64,000 bases of DNA from an uncultured delta proteobacterium (lineage in GTDB: Bacteria; Myxococcota_A; Polyangia; Polyangiales; B10-G4), in NCBI GenBank assembly GCA_963727445.1, contig CAVSGI010000008.1, positions 320,001-384,000 on the forward strand, given 5' to 3'. The notes under the pieces were generated by a model, which ran no database searches, was not told the DNA's origin, and was given only the letters and a program-made list of their open reading frames with translations. The position numbers and the translations under genes are program-made. The number at the start of each line of letters is the position of its first letter. Position 1 is the stretch's first letter. Positions 40,515-50,537 of this stretch are shown one piece after another.

Positions 40515-41468
40515 TCAGTCCTTGTTCCGCTCCCGACGGCGACGCTTGCGCTCGTTGCGGCGACGGCGACGCCGCTCCTCAGGCGTCTCGCCCTCGCCTT
40601 CGTCTCCGTCGACGTGCACCGGTCCCGCGGGATCCTGTCCGTAGACGTCGCGGAGCATGGCGTAGAGCTCCGGGTGCCCGTCGCGCAGGCGTGTGGGGCG
40701 CTCGAAGAAGGCTTCGGTGGCGACGGCGAAGAACTCGGCTTCGTTGGTGGCGCCGTAACCCCGCAGCACGGATTGGTGCTTTTCGATCCGCCCCACCTCG
40801 TCGTGAACCAGGCGCAGCCAGCCCTTGACGGCGGCCCAGGGCATCAGGGCCGGAACGCCGTCGGCCGATCCGTCCCCGAAGTCGAGGACGTGGGCCAGCT
40901 CGTGGATGCCGACGTTCGTTCCGTCGTGCTCCGCGCGGAAGCCCTGTCGCAGCGCGCGGGCGGAGAAGATGATCGGACCCTGGCTACCCACCTGTCCGAG
41001 GATGTTGCCGCTCTCGGAGATCTCGTAGTCGTCGTCGAAAGCGTCCGGATAGACCACCACGTCGCGCACCCGGCCCCAGACGTAACCGGGCATGCCGAAG
41101 GAGAGGATGGCGGCGGCCGCACCGACCAACACCTTCAGCTCGTCCTCCACCTCCGCGCCCCCGGGACCGGTGATGGTGTGCTCGTCGATGAAGTAGCGGA
41201 CGTCGCGCTCGAAGCGCGCCTTGTCCGCGGGGTCCTCGAGATCGTCGTAGAAGTCGACGTACTCCTCGAGCACATCGCGCCAAGCCTCGGGGAAAGGATT
41301 GCGGTCGACCTGGCTTCGGGCGAAGGTTCGGTAGTTGAAGCCGACGAGGAAGACGACCAGCGCGACCGCGAAGCCCGCCGCGCCTCCCATCGGCCCGCCG
41401 GTCATGACCAGCGCCGCGGTGCCCACCACGACCGAGAGCACCGCGGCCTCGACCCAGCGAAGCTTCAC
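40515..41468 (-). CDS. MtfA-like (peptidase M90) zinc-dependent peptidase with two N-terminal TMs
   Basis: VVVYPDAF, NVGIHELAHVLD, YGATNEAEFFAVATEAFFE; GTGA overlap with the thiolase. Confidence 0.88.
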   Translation of the reverse strand: MKLRWVEAAVLSVVVGTAALVMTGGPMGGAAGFAVALVVFLVGFNYRTFARSQVDRNPFPEAWRDVLEEYVDFYDDLEDPADKARFERDVRYFIDEHTITGPGGAEVEDELKVLVGAAAAILSFGMPGYVWGRVRDVVVYPDAFDDDYEISESGNILGQVGSQGPIIFSARALRQGFRAEHDGTNVGIHELAHVLDFGDGSADGVPALMPWAAVKGWLRLVHDEVGRIEKHQSVLRGYGATNEAEFFAVATEAFFERPTRLRDGHPELYAMLRDVYGQDPAGPVHVDGDEGEGETPEERRRRRRNERKRRRRERNKD

Positions 41469-42671
41469 CCCACGCGCTCCAGCACGGCCGAGACGGTGAC
41501 CCCGGCTCCGCCGCATATCGAGACGACCGCCAGTCGTCCGTCGCGGCGCTCGAGCTCGTCGAGCGCAGAGGAGACGAGCATCGCGCCGGTGGCGCCGAGC
41601 GGGTGTCCCATCGCGATCGCGCCACCGTTCGGGTTGAGCGCCTCGGGGTCGAGGTCGAAGGCCCGCTGGTAGTGCACCACGGTCGCGGCGAAGGACTCGT
41701 TCACCTCGAAGACGTCGATGTCGTCGATGGTCGCCCCGGCAACCGAGAGCGCCCGCCGGGTTCCTTCGACGTTGCCGGTCAGCATCAGCACCGGCTCGAC
41801 CGAGAGCGTGGAAAAGCCTCGGAGCCGCGCGCGGGGCGTCTTGCCGATGCGCCGCGCGCCCTCGGCGCTGGTCACGAGCAGCGCGGCCGCCCCATCGGCG
41901 AGCGCCGGCGAGACGCCCACGTGGTGGTGGTGCTCGACCGCCGCGAGCTCGGGATAGCGCGAAAGCGCCAGCGCGTCGCCACCGTTTGCGCCCGGCTTGA
42001 CGAAAGCCGGCTCGAAGCGAGCGAGCGTCTCCACGCTGGTCCCAGGCCGAAGGTTCTCTTCGTGGTTCAACAGGAGCGCCCCGTCGCGCGCGCGAACCGG
42101 GACGCGCGAGTCGGTGGCGCGGCCCTCCCGCTCGGCGCGCTCGGCGCGCGCGTGGGAGGAGACGGCGACGGCGTCGAGGTCGCTCCGGCTCAAGCCCGCG
42201 CGCGTCGCGAGGAGGTCCGCGGCGACGCCCATGTGGACGAAGCCGGTGGCCTGCGCGACGACGGGATCGCTGAACCACGCCCCCTCGTCCGCGAACATCG
42301 GCACGCGCGACATCGACTCCACGCCGCCGGCGACCACGATTCTGGTGACCGCCGGCCGAGACCGCGAGGGCGGCCATCCGCAGGGCGTCGAGGCCCGACG
42401 CGCAGAAGCGATTCAAGGTGACGCCCGAAACGCCGTGGTCCCAACCCGCGTAGAGCGCCGCGATCTTCGCGATGTCTGCGCCCTGCTCTTTCGTCTGGGT
42501 GACGCAGCCGAAGATCACGTCCGCCACGAGGGAGGTGTCGAGGTCGTTCCGCTGGGCGAGGGCACGAAGCACCTGGGCCGCGAGGTCGATCGGCGGGAGC
42601 TCCGAGAGCGCCCCGCCCGGCCGACCCTTCCCCCGCGGCGTACGGGGAGCGTCGAGGATGAAGGCGTCCAT
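41465..42671 (-). CDS. Acetyl-CoA C-acyltransferase (thiolase; +1 frameshift near 42340)
   Basis: RTPRGKG, LNRFCASGL, AGGVESMS, EVNESFA, GHPLGATG, SICGGAG. Confidence 0.9.
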
Positions 42672-43903
42672 CAACGACCCACGACGAAGCTGACGGTCGT
42701 GGTGGCCGAGCCGCCGATGTTCAGGGTCTGGGCGCGGCGCGCGTTCGGGACCTGCATGTCCCCCGCGCGCCCAGCGATCTGCGAGCTCGCGTCGAGGAGC
42801 ATGCGCACGCCCGTCGCGCCCACCGGGTGACCTGCGCCGATCAACCCGCCGCTCGGGTTGAGGGGGAGCGCGCCGCCCGCGAGGACCGTGCCATCTTCGA
42901 TCGCGGAAAAGGCCTCGCCGGGTTTGTCCGAGAGGCCGAGGTGATCCACGACGGCGTAGCCGGTGATCGAGAAGCAGTCGTGAACCTCGTAGAGGTCCAC
43001 GCCCCGCGGCCCCTGCACTTCGGCGCGGCGCCAGGCATCCGTCAGGGTTCCGCGCAGATGCGGAAAGACCCAGCGCTCACCGCGCGAGGCGACGAGCTTG
43101 TCCTCGAGGGACATCTGACTCGTGCGGTGGCCCCAGCCGATGATCCGCGGGATCGCGTCCAGGCTCTGCGCGGTCCGTGCGGCGTACCGTTCGGCGAAGC
43201 GTTTGGAGGCGAGCATCACGACAGCCGCCCCATCGGTAATCTGCCCACAATCCATCCGGCGGATCCGACCCTCCACCGTCGGGTTGGCTTCGTCGTCGGC
43301 GGTGAAGCTCGCGTCGCTGAAGCGCCAGCTCCGGGTCTGGGCGTTCGGGTTGTTGCGGCCGCTCTCGAAGGCGTTCTTCGCCCACGCCATCAAGTGCGCG
43401 TAGTCGAGGCCGAAGCGCTCGTCGTACTCGTCGGCGAGGCGGCTGAACATCGACGGCCAAAGATAGGTCGCGCCCGCGCCTTCGCGCCCGGCCCAGGCAG
43501 CGCAGCCGAGGTGCTCCGCCGCTTCGGTGCCCGAGACGTTGCGCATCTGTTCGATGCCCACCACGCAGGCGACGTCGTAGACTTCCGCTGCGATGTCGCG
43601 CATGGCCGCGAGCACCGCCACGCTCCCCGAAGCGCACGCCGCCTCGTGACGCGCGCTCGGCAATCCGTCGAACGCGGGATCCAGGGACGCGAACAAACCG
43701 CCCAGGTGGCCCTGGCGCGAGAAGAGCTCGGCAGTGAAGTTCCCCACGTGCGCGACGTCGACCTCTTCCGGCTCGACCTTCGTCGTCTCGAGCGCGAGGC
43801 GCACGGCGTCACCGAGGATCTCGAAGAGCCCCGCGCCCTGTCGACTGTAGTTTCGGGCGAAATCGGTCTGCGCCCCACCGAGGACGAAGACGGGGGCGCT
43901 CAT
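42671..43903 (-). CDS. SCP-x-type thiolase-like protein
   Basis: EAACASGS, ITDGAA, EVHDCFS, GHPVGATG, LNIGGS. Confidence 0.88.
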   Translation of the reverse strand: MSAPVFVLGGAQTDFARNYSRQGAGLFEILGDAVRLALETTKVEPEEVDVAHVGNFTAELFSRQGHLGGLFASLDPAFDGLPSARHEAACASGSVAVLAAMRDIAAEVYDVACVVGIEQMRNVSGTEAAEHLGCAAWAGREGAGATYLWPSMFSRLADEYDERFGLDYAHLMAWAKNAFESGRNNPNAQTRSWRFSDASFTADDEANPTVEGRIRRMDCGQITDGAAVVMLASKRFAERYAARTAQSLDAIPRIIGWGHRTSQMSLEDKLVASRGERWVFPHLRGTLTDAWRRAEVQGPRGVDLYEVHDCFSITGYAVVDHLGLSDKPGEAFSAIEDGTVLAGGALPLNPSGGLIGAGHPVGATGVRMLLDASSQIAGRAGDMQVPNARRAQTLNIGGSATTTVSFVVGR

Positions 43904-45330
43904 CGGGCGCTTCCGTCGAGCTCGGCGCCGGTCACCCAGGTGGCGTGGAAGCCGAGGGGCACCCGGCGTGGGAGCTCCACCCGTGCGATCGGTCCGGCTT
44001 CGATGTCGCGCGCCGAGAGCACCCAGCACTCGCTCTGTCGCGCGTTGCGGTCGTCGACGTAGGTGACGAGGTATCCGTCGTCCTCTCCGCGGCCGCCCTC
44101 GCGAGGCGCGAAGGCGACCTCGCTGCCGAAGCAACCCTCGGGGAGCTCGAAGGTCGACGACGTGCCGGCTTCGTGGTCGTACTTGACGATGCCGTCGAAG
44201 ACCAGGGTGCGTGCCGCCGGGATCCGCATGTTGTAGGCGTAGCGGCTCCGCTGCCCCGCGTAGGCGAGATTGATCGCGGGAAATTCGCTCGAGAGATCGT
44301 CGAGAGGCTCCTCGCGGGTCTCACCCGTCGTCAGATCGAAGGTCCAGCGATGAAGCGTCGCCGTCAGTCGCAGGTTGGCGAGCATCCGCGCCAGGTCGCC
44401 GTCGGCCGGGTCGGGCTGCGGCGTGGGGTCGACGCAGCGACAGGCGATCATCACCACCTGGTCGCCTCGATCCCAGGCGTTGACGACGTGGTAGATGTAG
44501 CAGGGCTCGGCTTCGAACCAGCGGATGCTCTCGGGAGCGCCGCGGCGCGGCAGGATCCCGAATCGCGCCGGCATCTCCGGGTAGTAGCCGACGATCCACT
44601 TCTGCTTCTCGAGGGCCTCCGGTCGGTAGAAGACGGGGAGGTCCATCAGAATGGCGTGCTTGTCGGTGAACGCCATGTCGTGCGGCAGGCGGGGCCCAGG
44701 CAGATCGATCGGCACGTGATGCGCGAGGGTTCCGTCCGACTCGATCACGCCGTAGCGCATCAGCGGAGGCCTCAGGCCGTAGTCGAAGAAGAGCAGCTCG
44801 CTGCGCTTCTTGTCGGTCTTGGCGTGGGCGCTCATGCGGAGCGGCTCGCCATTCGGCTTCGACAGTACGCCGCGGGTGTCGAGCTCCTCGGCGCCGAGCC
44901 GGTGGCCCCCGCCGCAGATGTACCAGAGGGCGACGAGCTCGCCGCCGTGGAAGACGACGTCCGTGTTCGCCGTGTCCTTGTAGGGCGCGTCCTCGGGGTT
45001 GTCGCGGGTGCTCTCCATGAGGCCACGCCAGAGCGCCCCGCCGGCTTCGTCCTCGCGGGTCAGACCGTCGGTGCGCACCCACCGGCTCCGGTAGCGCGCG
45101 TCTCCGTCCTCGAAGCGCATGGCGTGGAGCATCCCGTCGCCGTCGAACCAGTGATACCGCCCGGGCGCGGCGTGCTTGCGGTTCGGCCCGTTGCGCACGT
45201 ACATCCCGGACAGGTCGCGGGGGAGCTCCCCCTCGACGCGGAGGTCGTCGCTGTCGACCTCGTCTCCCACGGGAGCGTAGGGACCACAGAGGTAAGGATT
45301 TTCCATGGGCAGGTTCCTCTCGCGGCTCAC
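43900..45330 (-). CDS. Carotenoid oxygenase family (RPE65/lignostilbene dioxygenase-like) protein
   Basis: YVRNGPN, HWFDGDGMLH, four Fe-ligand His (SAH, PHD, IYH, GFH), EDDGYL. Confidence 0.92.
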   Translation of the reverse strand: MSRERNLPMENPYLCGPYAPVGDEVDSDDLRVEGELPRDLSGMYVRNGPNRKHAAPGRYHWFDGDGMLHAMRFEDGDARYRSRWVRTDGLTREDEAGGALWRGLMESTRDNPEDAPYKDTANTDVVFHGGELVALWYICGGGHRLGAEELDTRGVLSKPNGEPLRMSAHAKTDKKRSELLFFDYGLRPPLMRYGVIESDGTLAHHVPIDLPGPRLPHDMAFTDKHAILMDLPVFYRPEALEKQKWIVGYYPEMPARFGILPRRGAPESIRWFEAEPCYIYHVVNAWDRGDQVVMIACRCVDPTPQPDPADGDLARMLANLRLTATLHRWTFDLTTGETREEPLDDLSSEFPAINLAYAGQRSRYAYNMRIPAARTLVFDGIVKYDHEAGTSSTFELPEGCFGSEVAFAPREGGRGEDDGYLVTYVDDRNARQSECWVLSARDIEAGPIARVELPRRVPLGFHATWVTGAELDGSAR

Positions 45331-46379
45331 GAGCTTCCGCTCGTCTCCCAGATCGGATGGTGGCGCGCGGGCTCGGCGACCTCGACTTCGAGCGGGACGA
45401 GGTCCGGTCGGGTCACGTTCCGGCCCTCACGGCGCCGGTGAGGACCGCGACGTCGGCGGAAGGGTCCGCGCAGATTGCCGTAGCGCGGACGCCGGCCGGG
45501 GCCCGACCAATCGACCCACTGCGCCGCCTCCTCACGCACGTCCAGGTGCACGAAGGAGCTGCGCGGATAGAGCCCACATCCCGTCTTGGCCAGCGAACGG
45601 CAGAAGTCCCAGAGCGCCCGCTTCGCCACGCCCGCGACCGACACGTCCACCGCGCGTCCGTGTACGTGTCGGCTCGTTTCGCGAGTGAAGCCACGCACCT
45701 CGCGGAAGCCGCTCACCACGCGCACCTCACGGCCGCCGAAGTGATCGCTGATCGCCGCGACCAGGATCGCGAGGCGCGGCTCGGGCGTCTCCACCGGCTC
45801 GGCCTCGGGGTCGTCGGGGTCGGGCTCGTCACCGCGATGCATGATGCGCGCGAGCGCTTCGAGGGACTGGCGCGGCACGCGGCCTTCCTCGTCGCGAAGG
45901 CGGATCGTCACCTCTTCGGTGCGCGTACGCAGTCGCACCACGCCGGGCTCCTCGGCGTCCCCCCAGTCTTCGGGCCCGGCCGGCGCGACCGTCGCGCGAA
46001 AGCCCGGGAGCCAGAGGCGCTGGCCGACGCGGAGGCGCTCCCCGGAACGGATGCCGTTCTCGCGCGCCAGCGCCTCGATGGAGCAGTGGTTGTCGCGGGC
46101 GATGTGGGAGAGCGTCTGGCCTGAACGCACGAAGACCTCACCCCGGTCGGGGATCAACAGCACCTGCCCCGGGCGCAGGTTACCGGCACGGCGCATGTCG
46201 TTGGCCGCTTGGAGGTTCTGGACACTCACGTGGTAGCGCCGCGCGATCCGCGCGAGGTTTTCGCCCGGGCGGACGCGATGCTGCCGCTCGGCGCTCGCCC
46301 GGCCGGGGGCGAGGCCCGCGCCGAGGGCGAAGAGCGCCCCCGCGAGGCTGATAATCAGCGCCTTTCGCAGACCGATCAC
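45327..46379 (-). CDS. LysM-repeat protein with DUF882/YcbK-like M15 peptidase domain
   Basis: Two LysM motifs; VVSGFR, SRHVHGRAVD, GCGLYPRSSFVHLDVR. Confidence 0.88.
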   Translation of the reverse strand: MIGLRKALIISLAGALFALGAGLAPGRASAERQHRVRPGENLARIARRYHVSVQNLQAANDMRRAGNLRPGQVLLIPDRGEVFVRSGQTLSHIARDNHCSIEALARENGIRSGERLRVGQRLWLPGFRATVAPAGPEDWGDAEEPGVVRLRTRTEEVTIRLRDEEGRVPRQSLEALARIMHRGDEPDPDDPEAEPVETPEPRLAILVAAISDHFGGREVRVVSGFREVRGFTRETSRHVHGRAVDVSVAGVAKRALWDFCRSLAKTGCGLYPRSSFVHLDVREEAAQWVDWSGPGRRPRYGNLRGPFRRRRGPHRRREGRNVTRPDLVPLEVEVAEPARHHPIWETSGSS

Positions 46380-46429
46380 GGCGAGGGGCGAGTATTGGGG
46401 AGCCCCCCGCCGCGGTCAACGCGACGCCT

Positions 46430-48074
46430 TCAGCGCCGGCGGCGCCGGATGGCGAGGGCCCCGAAGGCGAAGAGCAGGCCCAGACCGAGGCCGCCCGCCC
46501 CACCGCTGGCGCTGCAGCCGCCGCCTCCGCCGAGATGGATGCCGCGCTGGGTCGCGGTGGCACGGGCGCGATCGAGGTCGACGTAGGGTCCGTACATCCC
46601 GCCCGCGAGATCCTCGCAGTACTGCTCGTCGCTCCCGGGATAGCTGATGCCTTCCTGCACCACGAACTCGGTGCCGCTCGGCAGGATCAGCTTCTGCGGC
46701 GCGTGGAACTCGAAGTACTCGGGGGAGCACTCGGTGCGATAGGTGGCGCGATGGACGTTGTCGACCTCGGGCACGGCCTCGTTCAGATCGAAGACGGGGT
46801 CGAGGGTCATCTCGTCGGCGCTCATGGTGGTGAAGAGGCGCGTGAGCTGCGGGTGCGCTTCCACCAGGTCCTGTGCGTTCTGCCGGGGCTCGACGATCGC
46901 CTCGTTCAACGCGTCGACCAGCCCGTTCGGATCGAGCTCGAGGCCCGCGATGTAGGCGTCGTATTCGCCGCCGCAGAAACCGTTGGTGAGGCAATTGTAG
47001 AACTGATTGGGCGTCGCGCCGTCGGGCGGCGGAATGAAGCGAAGGAGGATGGCGAGGAGCTGGCTGTCGCCAGTGAAGCCACGCCCCTGCAGGATGCGAA
47101 GGAACTCCGCGGGGTCGCTCTGGGCGCGGAGGTCCTCGATGGACATGACGGTGAGGGCGAGCTCGGGGGTCTGTCCGGCGTAGTCGGTGACGAAAGCCTG
47201 CCCGCCCGCGTCGTCGACGGCGCGGGAGACGGCGTTCACGTAGCTCTCGCCGCCGATCCAGAAACCAGGGGACTCGAGGTCCGGCTCGGTGGACATGTAG
47301 TTCATGGGACGCGCGCGACTGTCGGCGAGGATGTAAGCCGTGATGGGCATGTCCGGCGTGGTGGCGATGGCGGTGAGCTTGATCGGCACGCAGGGCTTCT
47401 GCTCCGTGTAGCGGAGGACGACGGGCTGGAATCTCGCCGGTGCCGCGATCCTGCTGGAGCTTGAGGGCGACGAAGAAGTGGCCGCTGTCGACGTACTCCA
47501 TGAGGAGAGGGACGGAGGCCTCGGGGATGTCGTAGCCGTTGTCCATCAGCCAGTTGAAGAGCGCTTCCGCGTCGCCGGCGGAGAGCACCACCGCGTCGTA
47601 AGGACCCACGGCTTCCTGAAGCAGGACGTCGACGCCCGGATCGGTCGGCGGCGCGGTCCCGGCATCCGCCGCCGAGCCGGGCGCTCCCCGCTCGCCGTCA
47701 GCGAAGTAGAGATCGTCCGAGCGACAGGAAGGCGTGGGGCGACACTCCCCAGTGCGCTCGTAATCGAGAGGGAAGGCGGGATTCGTCGCCTGCCGGATCT
47801 GTTGGAAGAGCACGTCGGTGCCCACCCCCAGCTCTGGCACGGTCGGGACCGGCAGGATCCAGGCGAAGTGCTCGGAGGTCCCCTGATAGAGGATCTGCAC
47901 GTGCGTCTCCATCGACCCGTCCTCTTGAACGGCGAAGACGATGTTCTCGCCCGATTGATCGATGGGCACTCGGTTACAGAAGAAGCCGCCGCAAGCGAAG
48001 GCCGATGCCGGAGCGAGCGCGTAGGCCGTGGTGGCGAGGGCGAGGGCGCAGAGGCCAACCCAGATGCGGTTCAT
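46430..48074 (-). CDS. DUF2330 protein with MYXO-CTERM-like tail (+1 frameshift near 47431)
   Basis: AFACGGFFC, FAWILPVP, VGPYDAVVL, FFVALKL, PIKLTAIA, LTRLFTTMSADEMTLDPVF; GGGGCSAS...LAIRRRRR. Confidence 0.85.
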
Positions 48075-48106
48075 GGATACAATCCTCCCGAGAGTCCAAG
48101 AGTCGT

Positions 48107-48122
48107 AGCAAGGCGCGTACCT
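48107..48122 (-). promoter_or_regulatory. Possible sigma54 promoter for the DUF2330 gene
   Basis: Minus strand AGGTACGCGCCTTGCT (GG-N10-GC, perfect TTGCT), followed by a GGAGG SD and the ATG at 48074. Confidence 0.45.
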
Positions 48123-48202
48123 CCAGTAAATTGCTGAGGAAAGAGGGCTGGGACGCGTGCCATTCTGAGCCTCGGAGGGAGATTTCGTGACCGGTGGTCC
48201 CA

Positions 48203-48301
48203 GAGACGGAGACGGAGACGGAGAGCGGAGACGGAGACGGAAGACGGAGACGGTGACGGTGACGGTGACGGTGACGGAGTCGGTGACGGTGACGGTGACG
48301 G
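48203..48301. repeat. Intergenic hexamer microsatellite (GAGACG)n then (GTGACG)n
   Basis: About 16 degenerate 6-mers directly visible. Confidence 0.9.
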
Positions 48302-48309
48302 GATCATCG

Positions 48310-48431
48310 GACCCTGCGGCGTGTGTTGGTTTCCATGGCCGAAGGGGCGAAAGCTGCGCGCCAGGTGGACTGCCCTGGCACGGAGCTTTCGCCCGGGGTT
48401 GGCCATGGAAACCAACACACGCCTTCGGGTC
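48310..48431. repeat. Long imperfect palindrome (REP/REPIN- or MITE-like)
   Basis: Perfect 23 bp inverted repeat GGCGTGTGTTGGTTTCCATGGCC (48318-48340 / 48401-48423) enclosing further stems GGGCGAAAGCT/AGCTTTCGCCC and GCCAGG/CCTGGC. Confidence 0.85.
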
Positions 48432-48454
48432 GAGACGCCGACCCGTCCGTCCCC

Positions 48455-49270
48455 TCAGTCCTCTTCGGGCCGGTCCGCGACCTCGCCGGCCGCTTCGGCC
48501 GAGCCGCTGATCCACGTCCAGCCCTGACCGCGCTCGGTGGGGGCGCCGCGGGAGGGGAGCGTGAGGTCCGCGGAGACGCTCCCGGCCGCGGGGCCGTTGC
48601 CCACCACTGCGGGCAGGGTCTCGTCTGCGCGTGCGCTTCCGGCGGCGGGGCCGTTGCCCACCACCGCGGGCAGCGCTTCGTCCGCCGGGTTGAATCCGGT
48701 CGGGGGAACGTAGGGCTCCGGCTCGGCGGGCTCGGCGCTCTGGGCAGCCGCCAGGCGATTGACGGCGCGCACGTCGATCGAGGTGGAGACCGTCTTCGGC
48801 GCGTCGGGGATCGGCCCGGCGACGCGCAGGCTCTCGGCGCGCCGGCGCAGACACTCGAGCGACGCGTAGTTGACCGGCGCGGTCACGGAGGAGCGGGTGA
48901 CGGTGCCCGTCTCGGTCATCGTCACCGTCAATCGAATGGCGAACGCCGTGATCCCTTCGTTCACGGAGTCCGGACCGAGACACTCCGCGGGGTAGCCGTA
49001 GGCGTTCTTCACCCGGATGGCGAGGTCGAGCTCGGGCTCTTCCTCGCGAACCACCTCCTCGGTGGGCATGGCGTTCGCCGCTCCGGCGCCATTCGGCTGG
49101 TCGTCAGCCTGCCGAACGTTTTGCTCCTCTGACGTCGCGGAGAGCTGGTCGGGCGGACCGCCGACGCGTTCGTGACCCGCGCCGCGCTCGTTCCGCACCT
49201 CGGGCCCGCCCCGACAGCCCATCACGACCATCACGAGGGCGGCGAGCGCGGGGAGGAGGGGGCGCGACAT
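48455..49270 (-). CDS. Hypothetical lipoprotein with internal 19 aa tandem repeat
   Basis: VVMGC lipobox; a Cys-paired small domain; ADExLPAVVGNGPAAGS twice. Confidence 0.7.
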   Translation of the reverse strand: MSRPLLPALAALVMVVMGCRGGPEVRNERGAGHERVGGPPDQLSATSEEQNVRQADDQPNGAGAANAMPTEEVVREEEPELDLAIRVKNAYGYPAECLGPDSVNEGITAFAIRLTVTMTETGTVTRSSVTAPVNYASLECLRRRAESLRVAGPIPDAPKTVSTSIDVRAVNRLAAAQSAEPAEPEPYVPPTGFNPADEALPAVVGNGPAAGSARADETLPAVVGNGPAAGSVSADLTLPSRGAPTERGQGWTWISGSAEAAGEVADRPEED

Positions 49271-49331
49271 GATGGAATCCTAATGGCTTTGCCTTCGGGG
49301 CGAAAGCGAAGGGGCGTATAGTGACCCCCCC

Positions 49332-50537
49332 TTGAGCGAGTCGAAGGACGATGGAAACGGTGCGGCGCCCCTCTTCGGGATCGTCGCCGTGTTCCTCATC
49401 GCGGTCGTCGGACTGGCCTCCTGGGCCACCCCCACCCAGGTCCCCGTGGCGCGCGCGGACGAGACGCCAGAGGCGGCCGAGGGGCGGGTCCTCTACACCC
49501 GTTACTGTGCGCTCTGCCACGGCGCGCGCGCCGAGGGGCACGCCGCCGACCACGCGCCGGCGCTCGGCAATCCCGAGCTGCTCCGGATCGCCAGCGACAC
49601 CTACCTGACGCGTTCGATCCTCGAGGGTCGCGCGGGCACGCCCATGGCGGCCTTCGCCCGCGAGGCGGGCGGGCCGCTCTCCAGCGAGGAGGCGGCCAAG
49701 ATCGTCGCCTTCCTCCGCAGCTTCCAGGAGGAGCCGAGCATCCGCCTCTTGAATGCGCCGGTGAACGGCGACCCCGTGCGGGGGATGCCCATCTTCCGCG
49801 AGCACTGTCAGGAGTGCCACGCCATCGAGGGTCGCGAGACGAAGGCGCCGCGCCTCGACCACCCCGCCTTCCTCGCGCTCGCCAGCAACGCATTCATCGC
49901 GCGCTCGATCCGGGTCGGAAGACCGGGCACGCCGATGGAGGCCTGGCATGACAAGCTTCGGCCCGATCAGATCAACGACCTGGTGGCGCTGATCCGGAGC
50001 TGGGCGCCGCATGGTGAGGCCGAGGATGCCGCGCGGGCAGAGCTCTTCGCTCACGACCCCCCCGACGTCCAGGGCGACGAGGACCCCGCCGCGGAGATCG
50101 CCCGCATGTGGGAAGGTCTCAGCGACGCGGACCTCGTCCTCGGTGCCCCGGGTGCGCAGGCGCCCGCGTTCCACCTCGAGGGCCGCTGGTACGTGAGCGC
50201 GCGCGAGCTCCGCGCGGCGCTGTCGGCAGACCAGCGTCTGATCCTCCTCGACGCGCGCCCCATGAGCGACTGGCTCGCAGGGCATCTACCCGGCTCGCTT
50301 CCGGTGCCCTTCTATTCCGACCACGCATCGCTCAGCCGCATACCCGACGACGGCACCTGGATCGTCGTCTACTGCGGCTGTCCCCACGCCGCCGCCGACC
50401 GGGTCGCGCAGCGTCTGAGCGAGCGGGGCATCACCACCCTCTCCGTCCTCGACGAGGGGTTCTGGTTCTGGAAGGACAACGGCTTCCCCGTGGTCACCGG
50501 GCCCGAGCGCTTCGACGTGGCTCAGTCCGCGAGATAG
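49332..50537 (+). CDS. Diheme c-type cytochrome fused to a rhodanese domain
   Basis: CALCH and CQECH, each followed by GRxGTPMxA; ILLDARP...GHLPGS...IVVYCGCPH. Confidence 0.85.
   Translation: MSESKDDGNGAAPLFGIVAVFLIAVVGLASWATPTQVPVARADETPEAAEGRVLYTRYCALCHGARAEGHAADHAPALGNPELLRIASDTYLTRSILEGRAGTPMAAFAREAGGPLSSEEAAKIVAFLRSFQEEPSIRLLNAPVNGDPVRGMPIFREHCQECHAIEGRETKAPRLDHPAFLALASNAFIARSIRVGRPGTPMEAWHDKLRPDQINDLVALIRSWAPHGEAEDAARAELFAHDPPDVQGDEDPAAEIARMWEGLSDADLVLGAPGAQAPAFHLEGRWYVSARELRAALSADQRLILLDARPMSDWLAGHLPGSLPVPFYSDHASLSRIPDDGTWIVVYCGCPHAAADRVAQRLSERGITTLSVLDEGFWFWKDNGFPVVTGPERFDVAQSAR

Noticed and set aside
48187..48510. ORFs through the microsatellite and palindrome (VTVTVT or PSPSPS peptides)
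   Set aside because: Translations of simple repeats with no start context; not credible proteins.
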